Part shown: positions 1-11,176 of the stretch, in pieces
Numbering within the stretch: position 1 is the stretch's first letter
Layout: each line of letters starts with the position of its first letter
From: Ophelia neglecta
Taxonomy: Eukaryota
Length of the DNA stretch: 64,000 nucleotides
Direction of reading: 5' to 3'
Assembly: GCA_965285935.1 (NCBI GenBank)
Contig: OZ260664.1
Location: 72,354,001 to 72,418,000, forward strand
Program-made: the position numbers and the translations under genes
Notes under the pieces: generated by a model
What the model was told of the DNA's origin: nothing
The model's database searches: none
The model's input: only the letters and a program-made list of their open reading frames with translations

Positions 1-109
1 AATAGTGAAGACATAACAAGGTAGTGATAACACAGCATCAGTGACAACGTACAACCCTTACGGGTATTTATTATGTCTGCAATGTTTTCAACTTCATTGT
101 TAAACCGAC

Positions 110-235
110 CTGTGTCAGAGCTTTGATGGCCGCTTGCTCGTCGATTAACATATCTGCCAGGTTAAATAGCATATCTTCCTGTAAGGAAAGGATGGATTCT
201 TCTTTCACTCCAAGCCCGCACATAAGGGTTATGAC
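110..235 (-). CDS. RdRP coding exon (VITLMCGLGVKEESILSLQEDMLFNLADMLIDEQAAIKALTQ), not in the ORF track
   Basis: Acceptor ATTGCAG at 236 and donor CAG|GTCGGT at 109; 126 bp. Continues the conserved NRQ.I..L..LGV motif. Confidence 0.88.
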
Positions 236-3200
236 CTGCAATGCTTATACTTATGTATTATTCTTCAACGACGAAGGATAGCAAGGAGAGGACGTCAGTC
301 AACATGACTGCAAAAACTCGCTTGGCATAGATGAACATTTCACAGTGAAAAACGCATTATACACAATTCGTGTATGACCTCTTTCACGGAATACCCATAT
401 AGGTAATTAACTGCAAATGTTGAATTTTTCGCAAAACTACAGAAATAGATAAATTTAATAAGGGGCTATATACATTTTATTTCAAGTATAGGGGCATAAA
501 TTTAGAACAGTTTATATTTATTTGACCTTGGAAATGTACAATGTAGATCGAGTACATAAATACCTTTATTGACTATGAATATTTGAACTTTTTACTACAG
601 ACTTAAGGGCATTTTTCATTGGTCATGACCCTAAATTGACGATTAAAATCACTTTATTTTAGTTAAGGTGTTTCCAAAATATTATTTCTCCACTACAATT
701 GTTGTTAAAATTGGCATTCATGAGGCAATAAGGTGAGGACACAATTCAATAACTTTCCTTTAAAAAATGCGTCACCATTGTATCTGTTTCAGTAAATAAT
801 ACCAGATGTTGCGAAAATAAGATAAATGAGCCACAAATCAGCTAATATGGGGATATTTGTACTAGTGATTGATTATTCAAGTCCGTTTTAATAAGAAGAA
901 ATAAAAATGTTTTTCGTTTGGTTTTTAGAATGTGTAATGTCTACATAACAATTTTGAACAAAAAAGCAATATTATTATAAATGCAAAATTTAGGGTCAAG
1001 GAATCATTCCAAAACAAAAGAATTCCCAATAAAGGTGTGTAAGGTCCAAAAAATTTAATCTGTTCTAAATGTGTGCCCCTAAAGCTTGAAGTAAACGATA
1101 TCTAGCCCCTTAAATGGAATTTCAGTGAAATTCTAAATATTAGATTGATACTCAATGTACATTAAATACACTCATCTAGTATTATTCTTCAAGGTCCTAT
1201 AAAACTTGGCTTAACGGTCATTTTACCTGGCGGTTCATAAATAGTGCTCCTGGGTGGGTTGCTTCAATGACTTCTAATTTTGAATGAGAAGATTTAAATT
1301 TCTCCATACTTTCCCGGACACATATCTTTTCTGTTTGGATGGTGGGGTCCATAGCCAGAACTCCTTTGCACCCAGCATATCTTATTTGGAAAGCTGAAGG
1401 CGTAGGATAGAGACCCAAAGTGTTTGAAACCTGAGTAAGAAAGTATAATATTATGGATAATAGGTGGCTGTGTGAGTAGTGAATAAACATTTGATATATT
1501 TGTTTACATATACGAAAACGTTTCAAAACAAAAATGCGGCACGGGTGATGTGTTGTGACGTTTCCACAAAAGAAACTTACCTTATCAGCGAGCGGTTGAG
1601 ATATCTTTCCAATTCCGTCTGTGAAACAATAGGAATTTCTCCCAACGTCAGATATACGCTCGACCATGCCACCCTGGACGTCCACCTCTACTGTGTCTTT
1701 TGTGGATGAGAAACACTGGCCGAGACGAGAGACGTAAGTGGCCACACAACGCTCTCCCACCAGGTCCCCCATCCAGCCCCTTGCTTTTTCAACCCCTCCC
1801 ACTTCTTCTGGTGCATACATCCAAAATCCATGCTCACGAAGCTGACTGTTAGAAGCGGCCAGGAATTGATAATGGCGATTATTGATTGTAATTCCTTGGA
1901 TAAGAACCTTGCGAATCCTATCCAGTGGCTTAGCAAGGCTGTCGGGACCACTGGAGGGAGTCAGTTTCTGGAAGTCTTCATCACGAACAGCAACGCGAAG
2001 GAATCGGTCAGGGCCGTAATGGCGGATGACCCGGTTTTGGATCACTAGTTCGGGTCTCAAGAAGAATGTGGTAGCCGGGGTCATAACCAGCCGGCGTACC
2101 ATGGAAAAGTGCGCAAGAGCAGTTTCTTTCACACAATACAATTCCTTAGCAGTCTTCTGGCTAATCTGGTCAAGCATCGTTTCTAGGCATTGCTCTATGT
2201 TCATCATCAGTCCATCGTCGATGTTATCAGCTAGCTTCAGTAGTATATTTGCTACTTCGGGGTTTTTCTTCTTGAGGCCATCCGATATCATAGAGTAACA
2301 TTTTTCTGTGAGTTGGTCAGTTACTTGGTAGCCTCGGGAGAGGAGACACTCAAGGGCGTAAGAATCATCAAAGCATTCAAATTTTGGTCGCTGTAGATAG
2401 TTAGATGTCTGCATATCTCTTTTAGAAACCCATTTGGGATTCCCATATACAATGGAAAATCCAGTCCTCTCTAACCTGTACAGAGCATCGTTACCGGCCA
2501 TAGCTAACTGAACGTGTATAGCATTTATTTGCCCCAGGCAGCTTTGTTCACAATTGTAGAAGGTGGTGTCTCTATTCCATTGCCTTAGGCTCGTGTCTAT
2601 GCTGACGTTGAACATATCATTTTCAAACTCATCGTCATTGAGATCATAAAATGGCACGCTAAAATCATCTTCTTCATCTGAATCGCTGTTCAGAAAGGTC
2701 TGTTCCTTTTCTGATTGATTATTCCATAGGCTTTCCGAGATTTTCCTGGAGAGTTTTGCCGAGTATATTTTAGGCTGTCTGTTGGTAAAAAAGTACAAAT
2801 CGGCACTCGAGTCCCTGTTGCGCTGATGTACAAGGACTCTAGTGCGAATGCTGTCAAATGGCAACTCCAACTTCCACTCCATACCTTCTGATGGCTGGAG
2901 ATATCGAGCAGTAATGTTTAGCAGTCGAGTATCGAACTCAAGCGTGGTTTTTATCTTCGTACTGTTGTTAATTTCTGGTCGGATTTCTGTGGATGAGTCC
3001 CAATGGCAGAAATATTTGCCAGGAGACACAAAAGCACCCAACGTCAAATGTCTGAAGTTTAGTTCAATTTTTGAAGGCTGATTCCTCCAACCGTCGGAAT
3101 AACGGTAGTCAAATACTCCCCGCGCGATCTCCAGCCACAAAGCACTCCCCTTAGGGATAAGGTTTTGGGACCACTCATTTCTCAACCAACGTGGCCATGA

Positions 3201-3658
3201 CATCTGACTTGGGGCCATCTTACCATCACAGCTTATGAAAACTGTTGCCTCTATGGAATCTACTAACCTAGGATGACCTATGGACGAAGAAAACAATAAT
3301 CGTTGATAGCGTACATGCTATATAACGCACACAGACCATCATACTTGTAAGGTGATGGGTGCATTCAGACGCTGACAATAATTGTTCAAGAGATATTACC
3401 TGTTCCATCAGCTAGTTCTACACCCTGTACCTCCACGGCTGCATGGTCTGCCAGTAGGTTTTGCAGCTGTACTAGAACTTCGTCTTGACCTCCAGTTTTC
3501 TCCAAATTGTGAATAATACAACGAAACTTTATTCTGGTTTGCTTTGTAACCTTTTCATGTTGTTGCTGGTCTGTCCCTGGTTTCAGATTCATGGTCCCAG
3601 GGTCGACTGTGGGACAGCCAGTATTGACCGGATCTGCATTTGATTGTTCAGAGGCCAT
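110..3658 (-). CDS. Cellular (RNAi-type, RDR/EGO-1/RRF-like) RNA-dependent RNA polymerase, 5' part of spliced gene; join 3658-3400, 3277-1581, 1430-1227, 235-110; continues beyond window start
   Basis: The translation carries eukaryotic RdRP motifs: RRLVMTP, NRVIRHY..DRFLRV, YQFLAASNSQLREHGFW, RLGQCFSST, YCFTDGIGKIS, PSAFQIRYAGCKGVL and MNRQVITLMCGLGV. All introns are GT-AG with compatible phases (1, 0, 0), and there are no stops in 762 spliced codons. Confidence 0.95.
462..1109. mobile_element. Non-autonomous DNA transposon (MITE) with long imperfect terminal inverted repeats and TTAA-type flanks (Kolobok-like), in an RdRP intron
   Basis: Left end GGGGCTATATACATTTTATTTCAAGTATAGGGGCATAAATTTAGAACAG matches the reverse complement of the right end, GGGGCTAGATATCGTTTACTTCAAGCTTTAGGGGCACACATTTAGAACAG. 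Further matching blocks are CCTTTATTG and TGACCCTAAATT. Flanks are ATAA (458-461) and TTAA (1110-1113). The superfamily call is inferred. Confidence 0.75.
1227..1430 (-). CDS. RdRP coding exon (VSNTLGLYPTPSAFQIRYAGCKG...MNRQ)
   Basis: Acceptor TTTCTTACTCAG at 1431 and donor CAG|GTAAAA at 1226; 204 bp, phase 0/0. Confidence 0.92.
1581..3277 (-). CDS. RdRP large coding exon (1697 bp)
   Basis: Acceptor TTTTCTTCGTCCATAG and donor GATAAG|GTAAGT at 1580. Encodes the N-terminal region and the start of the RdRP domain, up to DGIGKISQPLADK. Confidence 0.93.
3400..3658 (-). CDS. RdRP first coding exon (MASEQ...ADGT)
   Basis: ATG at 3658. The donor ACAG|GTAATA at 3399 is phase 1 and joins the acceptor CCATAG|GTCAT at 3278 to give G-H-P-R in frame. 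An upstream acceptor TTTCTTTCAG at 3675 implies further 5' UTR exon(s). Confidence 0.8.
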
Positions 3659-4779
3659 GAAGATGGAGTTCGATCTGAAAGAAACCAGTCGACCATTTTA
3701 ATAGCAATAAAAAGGTGTTCAAAGGAATGGCCCAAGTTTTTGATATTTAATATGGGATGTCACTCGAGAATTGTAGTCTATTCTCGCAGTGGGATTCATT
3801 GAAAACGAACCCATCTGAGTTCATCGTAGTATGAAACATTTTGGTCTAAAATTAAGTCATTAGCCACTGATTCACTGAATATGGCTTTCAACCTTGGACT
3901 TATTCCAATCTTTCATAAGACGGGTATTATAGTGATTCGTCAGGAAAACTTATTAACTTGGCAATACATATCATAAAGCGCTGTAGACTATAAAATGTGT
4001 TATTAAAAAACTGCCAAATTTATATCGTATAGCCTAAAATTGTCCTTATTCATAAGTTTGAGATATGCTAGGGAAATTTATGCTTATATATATTAACATG
4101 TGGCTTTGGGCCTAGCTCAAGAAGTCGCCTCTTATGTTACTAAAGATTGGGATTTATTTTCATGCCAGGACACACAGTCCCCTGATATATGCGGAATTCC
4201 AATGACAAATCTTTGGGGTGGTCAAACTTATTATAATTCCTGTAGCTTGCTTATAACTGTATCCGATGGCTTCTCCACGAAGACCCACTTTATATGTTTC
4301 GTAAAATTGTAGTATCCTTAAATGCTATTTTAGGACAGAATAAATAAAAAGTGAGGTAGTCTGACTGGGATGACGACAATAAATATAATCTAAATTGAAA
4401 ATTATACCAGGGCAACAACAAAATGTTATCAGAGATCCATCTGGTACATATAGCCTTTAAAAATGTGGTAATATTATCAAGGGTTGGGTGGATTGAAATC
4501 TAACAGTTGTCCGGAAAATGTGGGTGGTTTAATCAAATAAAACTTCAGAATTTGCTTGTACAGTATTTTTCCCTGAGGTATAATCATTCAAATAAAAACT
4601 GTGGTCTTTAAATTTATATGGACTACTAAATATGCATAAATTATTGTCTATACAGTAATATATATAAGGGAATATTGGGAGGATGACCTTAATGTGATAG
4701 AAATTAATTATTTTTATAAGCAGTTTTTTTTTTATTGATATGAGTGGGAGAACCGAGATTGTATAGCAATGAAACGTGG

Positions 4780-5257
4780 ACTATTATTCCAAGTGCATTA
4801 TATAGTCAACCTATGATATGGTGTGAGTGTATTCGAAAGTTTTGTTAGATATGAGACGCATGCACGTCCTAGATACTGGTCATACCTGATACAACACTGT
4901 TGCAAGTGCTGTCAAATTTTTGTTTTATAATGTTTTATTTTTCTACATGCTTATTTATGATTTTTTTTTGGAGCTGGAAACTGATGCATTGATATGTGTG
5001 GGGAAGCTGCTGCTGGTTCCTGATGAAGATTTGGCTTTGACTGCGGGGTATCCGTTCCCGTTTTTACTCAGGAATTGTCTTTGAAAAGGTTGGACATACT
5101 TGAATGTCCTGACATTGACACTTGGATTATTATTCCAAGTGTATATTTTAGTGTATTAAGTTATGGTTAAAGGTATTTAAACGTTTTGTTGTAAATAAGG
5201 ACTTTAGGAGATTGCCCCATGCTCGTGCTCAATACTGGTCATTCCTGGTACAACAAG
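4780..5257. repeat. Degenerate interspersed repeat with two related subunits (about 4780-4897 and 5124-5257)
   Basis: Both subunits share TATTATTCCAAGTG and ATACTGGTCAT(A/T)CCTG(A/G)TACAACA. The 4900-5030 part matches 31833-31980 in inverted orientation. Confidence 0.6.
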
Positions 5258-5566
5258 GAATCAACAAAATGTCAATGAAAGAAATGATATATAAAATACT
5301 ACTGGTTATTCATCATGAAATTCGTATTTTCAGTACTAAATGATATTAAATCAGGTTAGTTGCACTTATCCCCCATTATCAAAAGTTTAAGGTAACTAAT
5401 TTAAATTACTTCAGCTAATACCTTCAGCCGGGAGAAGGAAATTGTTTGAGACTTATTCAGTATTTAATTTTGCAAAACCAGAATATTCCCCGTTAATTCA
5501 TTTTTCCTTTTAACCATGAACGTTGTTACGTCCATGGGGTAACAGCATATTTGTTGCTCTTTCTTT

Positions 5567-7950
5567 TAATTGAATTGAATTGAATTTATTTGGCTCAAAT
5601 AATATACAGAAGCAGGCTTAAAATTTAGAAGAGCTTGATACAAAATAGCTTGAGAGCCGAGGAGACCCATGCTAAGGATTTTTAAAAATCCGCTATATGA
5701 AGGCCACCCGGTGCAATAACTCCATTGAATTAACAAGCTTTCTACATATAGTAACTTGAATTTATGAAGAACATCTAAATTTATCAATTATAAATAATAT
5801 AAGATTTCCATAGCAAGCAGAAAGTATGTAAGTTAATTAAGTAAAACTAAATTGCTATGAATAAGAAGAAAAAAACAAAACAAAAAGAAACAATCAGTTA
5901 TAAAGTGAAGAAAAGAAAAAAAATATATATTTATATATAAATCGAAATATATGCCTGTGTGCAACAGCAGTTATATTACAGATGCAATGATTGCATGCAT
6001 GACAATTTGCAGAAATTTTTCCACTTATAATAGCATGAATTTGTGGAAAAAATGTAAATTTAACATATATAAATGATACTGGCAATCAATAGCAAGCAGA
6101 AAGTGTATAAATTAATTTAATAAATAACTGGCTATGAAAAACAATTAGTTATAAAATGAAGAAAAAGGAAGGAAAAAAGAAAGAAAAAAAAATATGCATG
6201 TGCAAACAGCAGTAACATTTCAGGTGCAATGGAGGTGGATGAATAAGCGGATGTAATTATGATGTCATCTAATCTTTAACATTTAATAACATTTATTAAT
6301 GTGACGGAATTAAATAATTTAGGATGCTTGATTATAGTTGATGCATACATCACAATTTACAATCTGACATATATCAGAATAAGAATTGAGATAAAAATGT
6401 TTTATGTAGAGCATATAGCCTTTTAATGAATGGGTGTGAACCTTTTCCAGCATGGATCTGGGTATATTATTCAGTAGAGTTATTATGCTATGTCTGATTG
6501 ACTGATTAACAAACTTATGTCGACTTGATTCTGGATAAAATTTGTGTCGGTATCTTGTGTTGTAAGTGTGTATATCTGAATGAAGTTGAAAAGGATAAGA
6601 TTCAAAATAACCCGGCAACTGATTATTGACAAATTTGAAATAGAATTTCAAAAGGTTCTGATTATAAATGTCCTGAACCTTCAAGAGACCTAACTGTTAA
6701 AATATAGGTTCAGAATGAGAAATATATCTGCTAAAAGAAATTATCCTTACAGCTTTCTTCTGTAAAAGAAATAAGCGAGATGTATTGTGACCCCAGGCCG
6801 AAATGCAATAGGTAAGTTGAGGCTGTATGAGGGTACTGTATAGGGTCTTAAGAATCTTTTGTGGCAGAAAATGTTTTAATTTGTTCAAAATACCAATAGG
6901 TTTAGAATTTTTTGTTGCAATTTTGTTAATATGCGGAGTCCAGGATAAATTCTGGTTAATAGTCAATCCAAGGAAGTTAAATTCATTTACAATTTCAATA
7001 ATAGTACTATTAATTTCAATGATAGGCTTAGCAATTTTGTTCTGCGGGGTATGAAATAGCATAGCTTTAGTCTTATTTACATTTAAAGAAAGTTTATTCA
7101 ACTTCAACCAATCACTCACTTTTGCCAGTTCTCTGTTTATATTGGTGTTGAGGTCAAATGAATTATCAACATTTCGTAGACACTGCAGAGTGGTGCTAAG
7201 AGTAGAATCATCAGCAAATAGTACAAAACTGAACATCTGACTGACCTTGTTAAGGTCATTTATATAAATGATAAATAGTAATGGCCCCGAAACTGACTCT
7301 TGTGGAACACCAGTTGATATATTACGAAAAGAAGAATTTGTTTGATTGTATACAACATACTGTTTGCGTTCAGTAAGGTAATTTTTAAGTAATGCTAGAG
7401 CAGTGTTTGAAAGACCGTAATACTGTAATTTACTAATAAGGATGGAGTGATCAATTGTGTCGAAAGCTTTTGACAAATCCATAAATATACTTAGAGGGAC
7501 GAACCCTTTATCCGTGGCTTGAGTAACTCTATCGACCAATTCTAGAGCGGCCAACTCAATAGAGTGGCCGACTCTAAATCCATACTGACCTTTAAAAAAT
7601 AGTTGATTGTCTTGAAAATAAGCATAAAGCTGGTTGAAGATAGCTTTTTCGAAAACTTTTGATATGGCTGGCAATAAAGAAACTGGTCTATAATTATCTA
7701 AAATTGTATTCACACCCTTTTTAAACAGATGACTTATTTTTGCAATCTTCAGTTTGGATGGAAAAATACCAGATTTAAACGACTGATTAATAATGCACGA
7801 TATTGGAAAAACCAATAAATACTTGGCTTTTTGCAATATCATTGTAGATATGCCATCAAAGCCCGAGCTGGTTTTTGTTTTCAAGTTGGTTATAATGACT
7901 TCTTGGGAAGTAATCTCGCAGAAATTTAGCTGCGTGTTAATCATTATCAT
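5567..7950 (-). mobile_element. 5'-truncated non-LTR retrotransposon (L2/CR1 group, Crack/Daphne-like): RT, C-terminus, 3' UTR and (TTCAA)n tail
   Basis: RT motifs NYRPVSLLPAISKVFEK, QYGFR, MDLSKAFDTIDH, GVPQES.GPLLF and FADDS, followed by a C-terminal C..NC.VC. The 3' end reads AATAAA then (TTCAA)3 at 5567-5590. No endonuclease domain and no clear TSD. Confidence 0.92.
6319..7950 (-). pseudogene. LINE ORF2 (reverse transcriptase) remnant with one in-frame stop
   Basis: ORFs 6697-7950 and 6319-6684 are in the same frame, separated by TAA (6697-6699): HSEPIF*QLGLLKVQDIY. The canonical GVPQGSILGP is altered to GVPQESVSGP. Confidence 0.88.
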
Positions 7951-8332
7951 TTGATCATGTCTACTTAACTCGGAAATTGAACCTTTTCCCGTCTGAATAA
8001 ATTTGATTGTGTTGGAACTTAAAACATTACAGTCAAATAGTAGAACCTTTAACCATATTTCGAATTATCGCTCATGTCATTCTGGCATGACTCATTTTGA
8101 TTTTTATAAGTATAAATATCAATTGCATGCGTCCCTACTTACAATTTCCTATACGTGCAATCCGCAAACAGTTAAAGTATGTTGCACTCCTGACATGATA
8201 ATAATATGCCTAGGCCTTAGACCTAAGTATCTGCATAACATGAAGTAAAGTGAATATATGTGTCAGTGGCAGTCTAGCGTGTAAGCTTAAGCTACTAACA
8301 TAGATATGGCATTGAATGCAGATGTAGTTTAC

Positions 8333-8445
8333 CTTGAAAGTGGATTCAATCGGACCACGGTCGCAACACCTCAAGACACTGAAGACTATTGTTGGGTGTT
8401 CATCAATAATCTGCTACATACACCGGCCTGTGTTGTTGTTGCAAC
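8333..8445 (-). other. Candidate non-coding 5' UTR exon of RdRP
   Basis: Acceptor TTATTCTCTAGCAG (8446) and donor AAG|GTAAAC (8332), with stops in all three frames. It would supply the donor for the orphan acceptor at 3675. Inferred from splice signals only. Confidence 0.4.
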
Positions 8446-10039
8446 CTGCTAGAGAATAACGCGCGCCTCCTTCGGGTTTGAAGAACACTGTTTGTATGTG
8501 CATTCAAACGATTTATATACATGTGTGTGACATGTAGTTGTCATAACATCGTACGGAGCTAAAACTTATCCTTAACCTGACATTAAACCGAACTGACTTA
8601 TTAAGTTCTGTAAGCAGTGCGAGTATTGGTTCCTGTTTGTTATCACTGCGATGATTGGTTTCGTGTGATTCGGCGCAAGCCACTGGTGGAGTAACTACTA
8701 CGTAATCAATATGAGCATAGCGGCTTGTTAATGGAGAAAGAGGGTATTTTCCTCGCTCATGGTTTCGGCGGAAGGTCCCCCTTTAGAAAGAGGTTTTTTT
8801 CAAAGTCACGGTTTCGACTCTTGGTTTAGGTTTAAGGGCCAATTCGATTGACGGTATAGTTTGGGGGCGCTATATAGTGCACGAATAACTGGCATCAATT
8901 GAGTTCCTTGACATAATAAACAACGCCAAATAAACTTTGTCCAGGTTTCAATAATACCGCCCCCACCCTACAATGTGGCGCAAAATACATTTAAAAACAC
9001 CACATAGGGAAAAGAAGGTAAGATCTGTTTGTGGATGTTTAAGTTTAACGACACATCACCATGCGGGCCATTTAGTGCCTATAGGTAAGATATACTTCAT
9101 ATGTCAGAATTGAATTTTATGTAATAACATATAGTAATGTTTTCCGTAACATAATATGATATTTTTGTGTTTCTAGCATAATAATGATCAAATGTTCTCT
9201 GATCACGGTGCTTATAATCTCTAGGCCATAAATCGTTAAACATGTGTAACTGTCTGCTTGCATTGCACTGTTTTGATTACTTTTTATTTGGTTGCATTCG
9301 GTGTTAATGTGGAATGTTCATTTATTGCTCTAAAGTGAAACAATGGTTAAGAATGTAATCGTCTATTATATTAAATGTACGCCCCTAACGTCACTATTCC
9401 CAGTCTACAATCTAAAGCAAACGTACAATCAGGGCCGTACATGGTACCAGGTCGTCTTCTTTTTTGTATGGAAGGAATGTTGAGGGTTTGCCAAGGGAAT
9501 TCCCATTAGATCGGTGACGCCAGTCGATGCGCACCAGTGGAATCTTACATTTCGAGGTAAACAGTCGCTCTGTGTAAAAGCTTCGTAGCATATGTTTGTA
9601 TCGAATGCACTGTGATAATATCCTTTTGAAACGTAGGCTTGCATGTGTCAAAGCAACTTCATTTATCGTATGAGAACACTCTAAGTAGAGTATTTATAGT
9701 TTACTAGACAGACGAACACAATCAAGTAGGCCGTTTAAAGGAAAATAAAATGAATAACGTGTTACTTACCAGCTGGTAAGGACAAATTACAACTATTTAT
9801 TCCCATTTCGAACCTGTCAAGCATTACAAAATACATACGTTCCCTTTTTTTAGTAATTTTCTTTAACTTGATGAAACGGAAGTGGAAATAAACCGTAGAT
9901 TTTGTAGATGTAAGTCTTGTATCTAAAAACGACCAACATACGCGTTGACTTAACGTGACCAGTTCTTAGGATCGATATCGGATACCTCTCTTCGTATATG
10001 GAGTTGATGCAGTATATTCTTTTGACCGACATAACCTGT

Positions 10040-10113
10040 ATGCCCATACAGTTATGCCCACACAGTTATGCTCACACAGTTATGTCCACACAGTTATGCC
10101 CACACAGTTATGC
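10040..10113. repeat. 14-bp tandem repeat (CACACAGTTATGCC) x about 5
   Basis: Directly visible near-perfect tandem units. Confidence 0.92.
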
Positions 10114-11176
10114 TTTTTAAATCGATACAATGGTAAATAGTCATTTTCACTGCAGCAAAATGAAGATTCAGCCCGATTCAGCACCATTACCTACACATGT
10201 GTTTAATCATGTATAATACCTAAATGACAACCAATATGGCAGGGTGATAGCTGAACATTAACATTAGCGTCAAATTGGTTCCTGTTTTCCTATTCGATAT
10301 TCTTCACTTTACTTTCTTTACCAAGTGAGTTCCTGTTTCCCTAGTGAACATTGTTTGGATTCGAGTCAAAAACATACTGTGTCAAAAGTACAGGCATCCT
10401 TTGATGAAGAAGAAATACTATTATGAAAAGTATGATAGAAAACCTTTTGCCCTAAGTTACTAATGGCGGATGTTCACATAGTCCAGAAAGAGCGTTAATG
10501 AGCATTGTTTTTCGGATCTTGGTAAAACATGGTTACTTCATCGGTATGAGAACTTTTTCTCTAAAATGGCTAATTCCTGACAAGATTGACTGGATTATTA
10601 CAAAAGAAGGGTAACAACTGTTTGCTGTGTGTTTATCACCATTATTTATTACTCCATTGTCACACTTCAGTACTAATTTTAGCCATCTCATTTTTTAGTT
10701 ACTACACCCAAACTTTAATAAAGGCACTTCTATAGGGATTTTAAATCACAGGTTTTCCTCAATCTGGTTTTCAACAAAATATGGCATGTTTATGTTTTTT
10801 GTACCAAATTTCTGATACTTTTAAACTAAGTTAGTCTAGTCATCCGAGCGATCCAATTTTTTTTAATTTTATATAGTTTCAGTCACGAGTCATAACCAAA
10901 TCTTACCATGTTACTTTATCATTTAGTACAACGCCCTCCTCTCAGCTTGGGTGCCTGGGTTGACAAACCCCATGAAGAAAAGAAACTTACATTGCGGATC
11001 CCTTGCGCGGGGGACTTTCTGATGGGCATGATTCTCCATTGATGCCTGGCATAGTTTTATGCATATGTATATCCGTGTTATAGTTAGAACTGCGCTCGGT
11101 ATTAGCCACCTTTGGCAGCTGGTTACACTCTCCATTGCTGGTTTTCGTGTATTTTCAAATTATTAAACATTTGATG

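Noticed and set aside
1218-3296. The 692-aa ORF as a complete single-exon protein
   Set aside because: It starts at a TTG inside an intron, reads through the 150-nt intron and stops in the next intron. The real gene is spliced and extends on both sides.
110-3658. Endogenous viral RdRP or contaminant
   Set aside because: The motifs are of the cellular double-psi-barrel RdRP family, not a viral palm-domain polymerase, and the gene has spliceosomal introns.
5015-5095. Hammerhead ribozyme (CTGATGA core), also considered at about 28160, 31835, 33615, 34292 and 62384
   Set aside because: I could not build stem II followed by GAAA and closing stems I/III at any of these sites.
8750-8830. tRNA gene (B-box-like GGTTTCGACTC); similar A-box-like heads at about 41385 and 58390
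   Set aside because: No cloverleaf can be formed. At most these are decayed tRNA-derived SINE heads.
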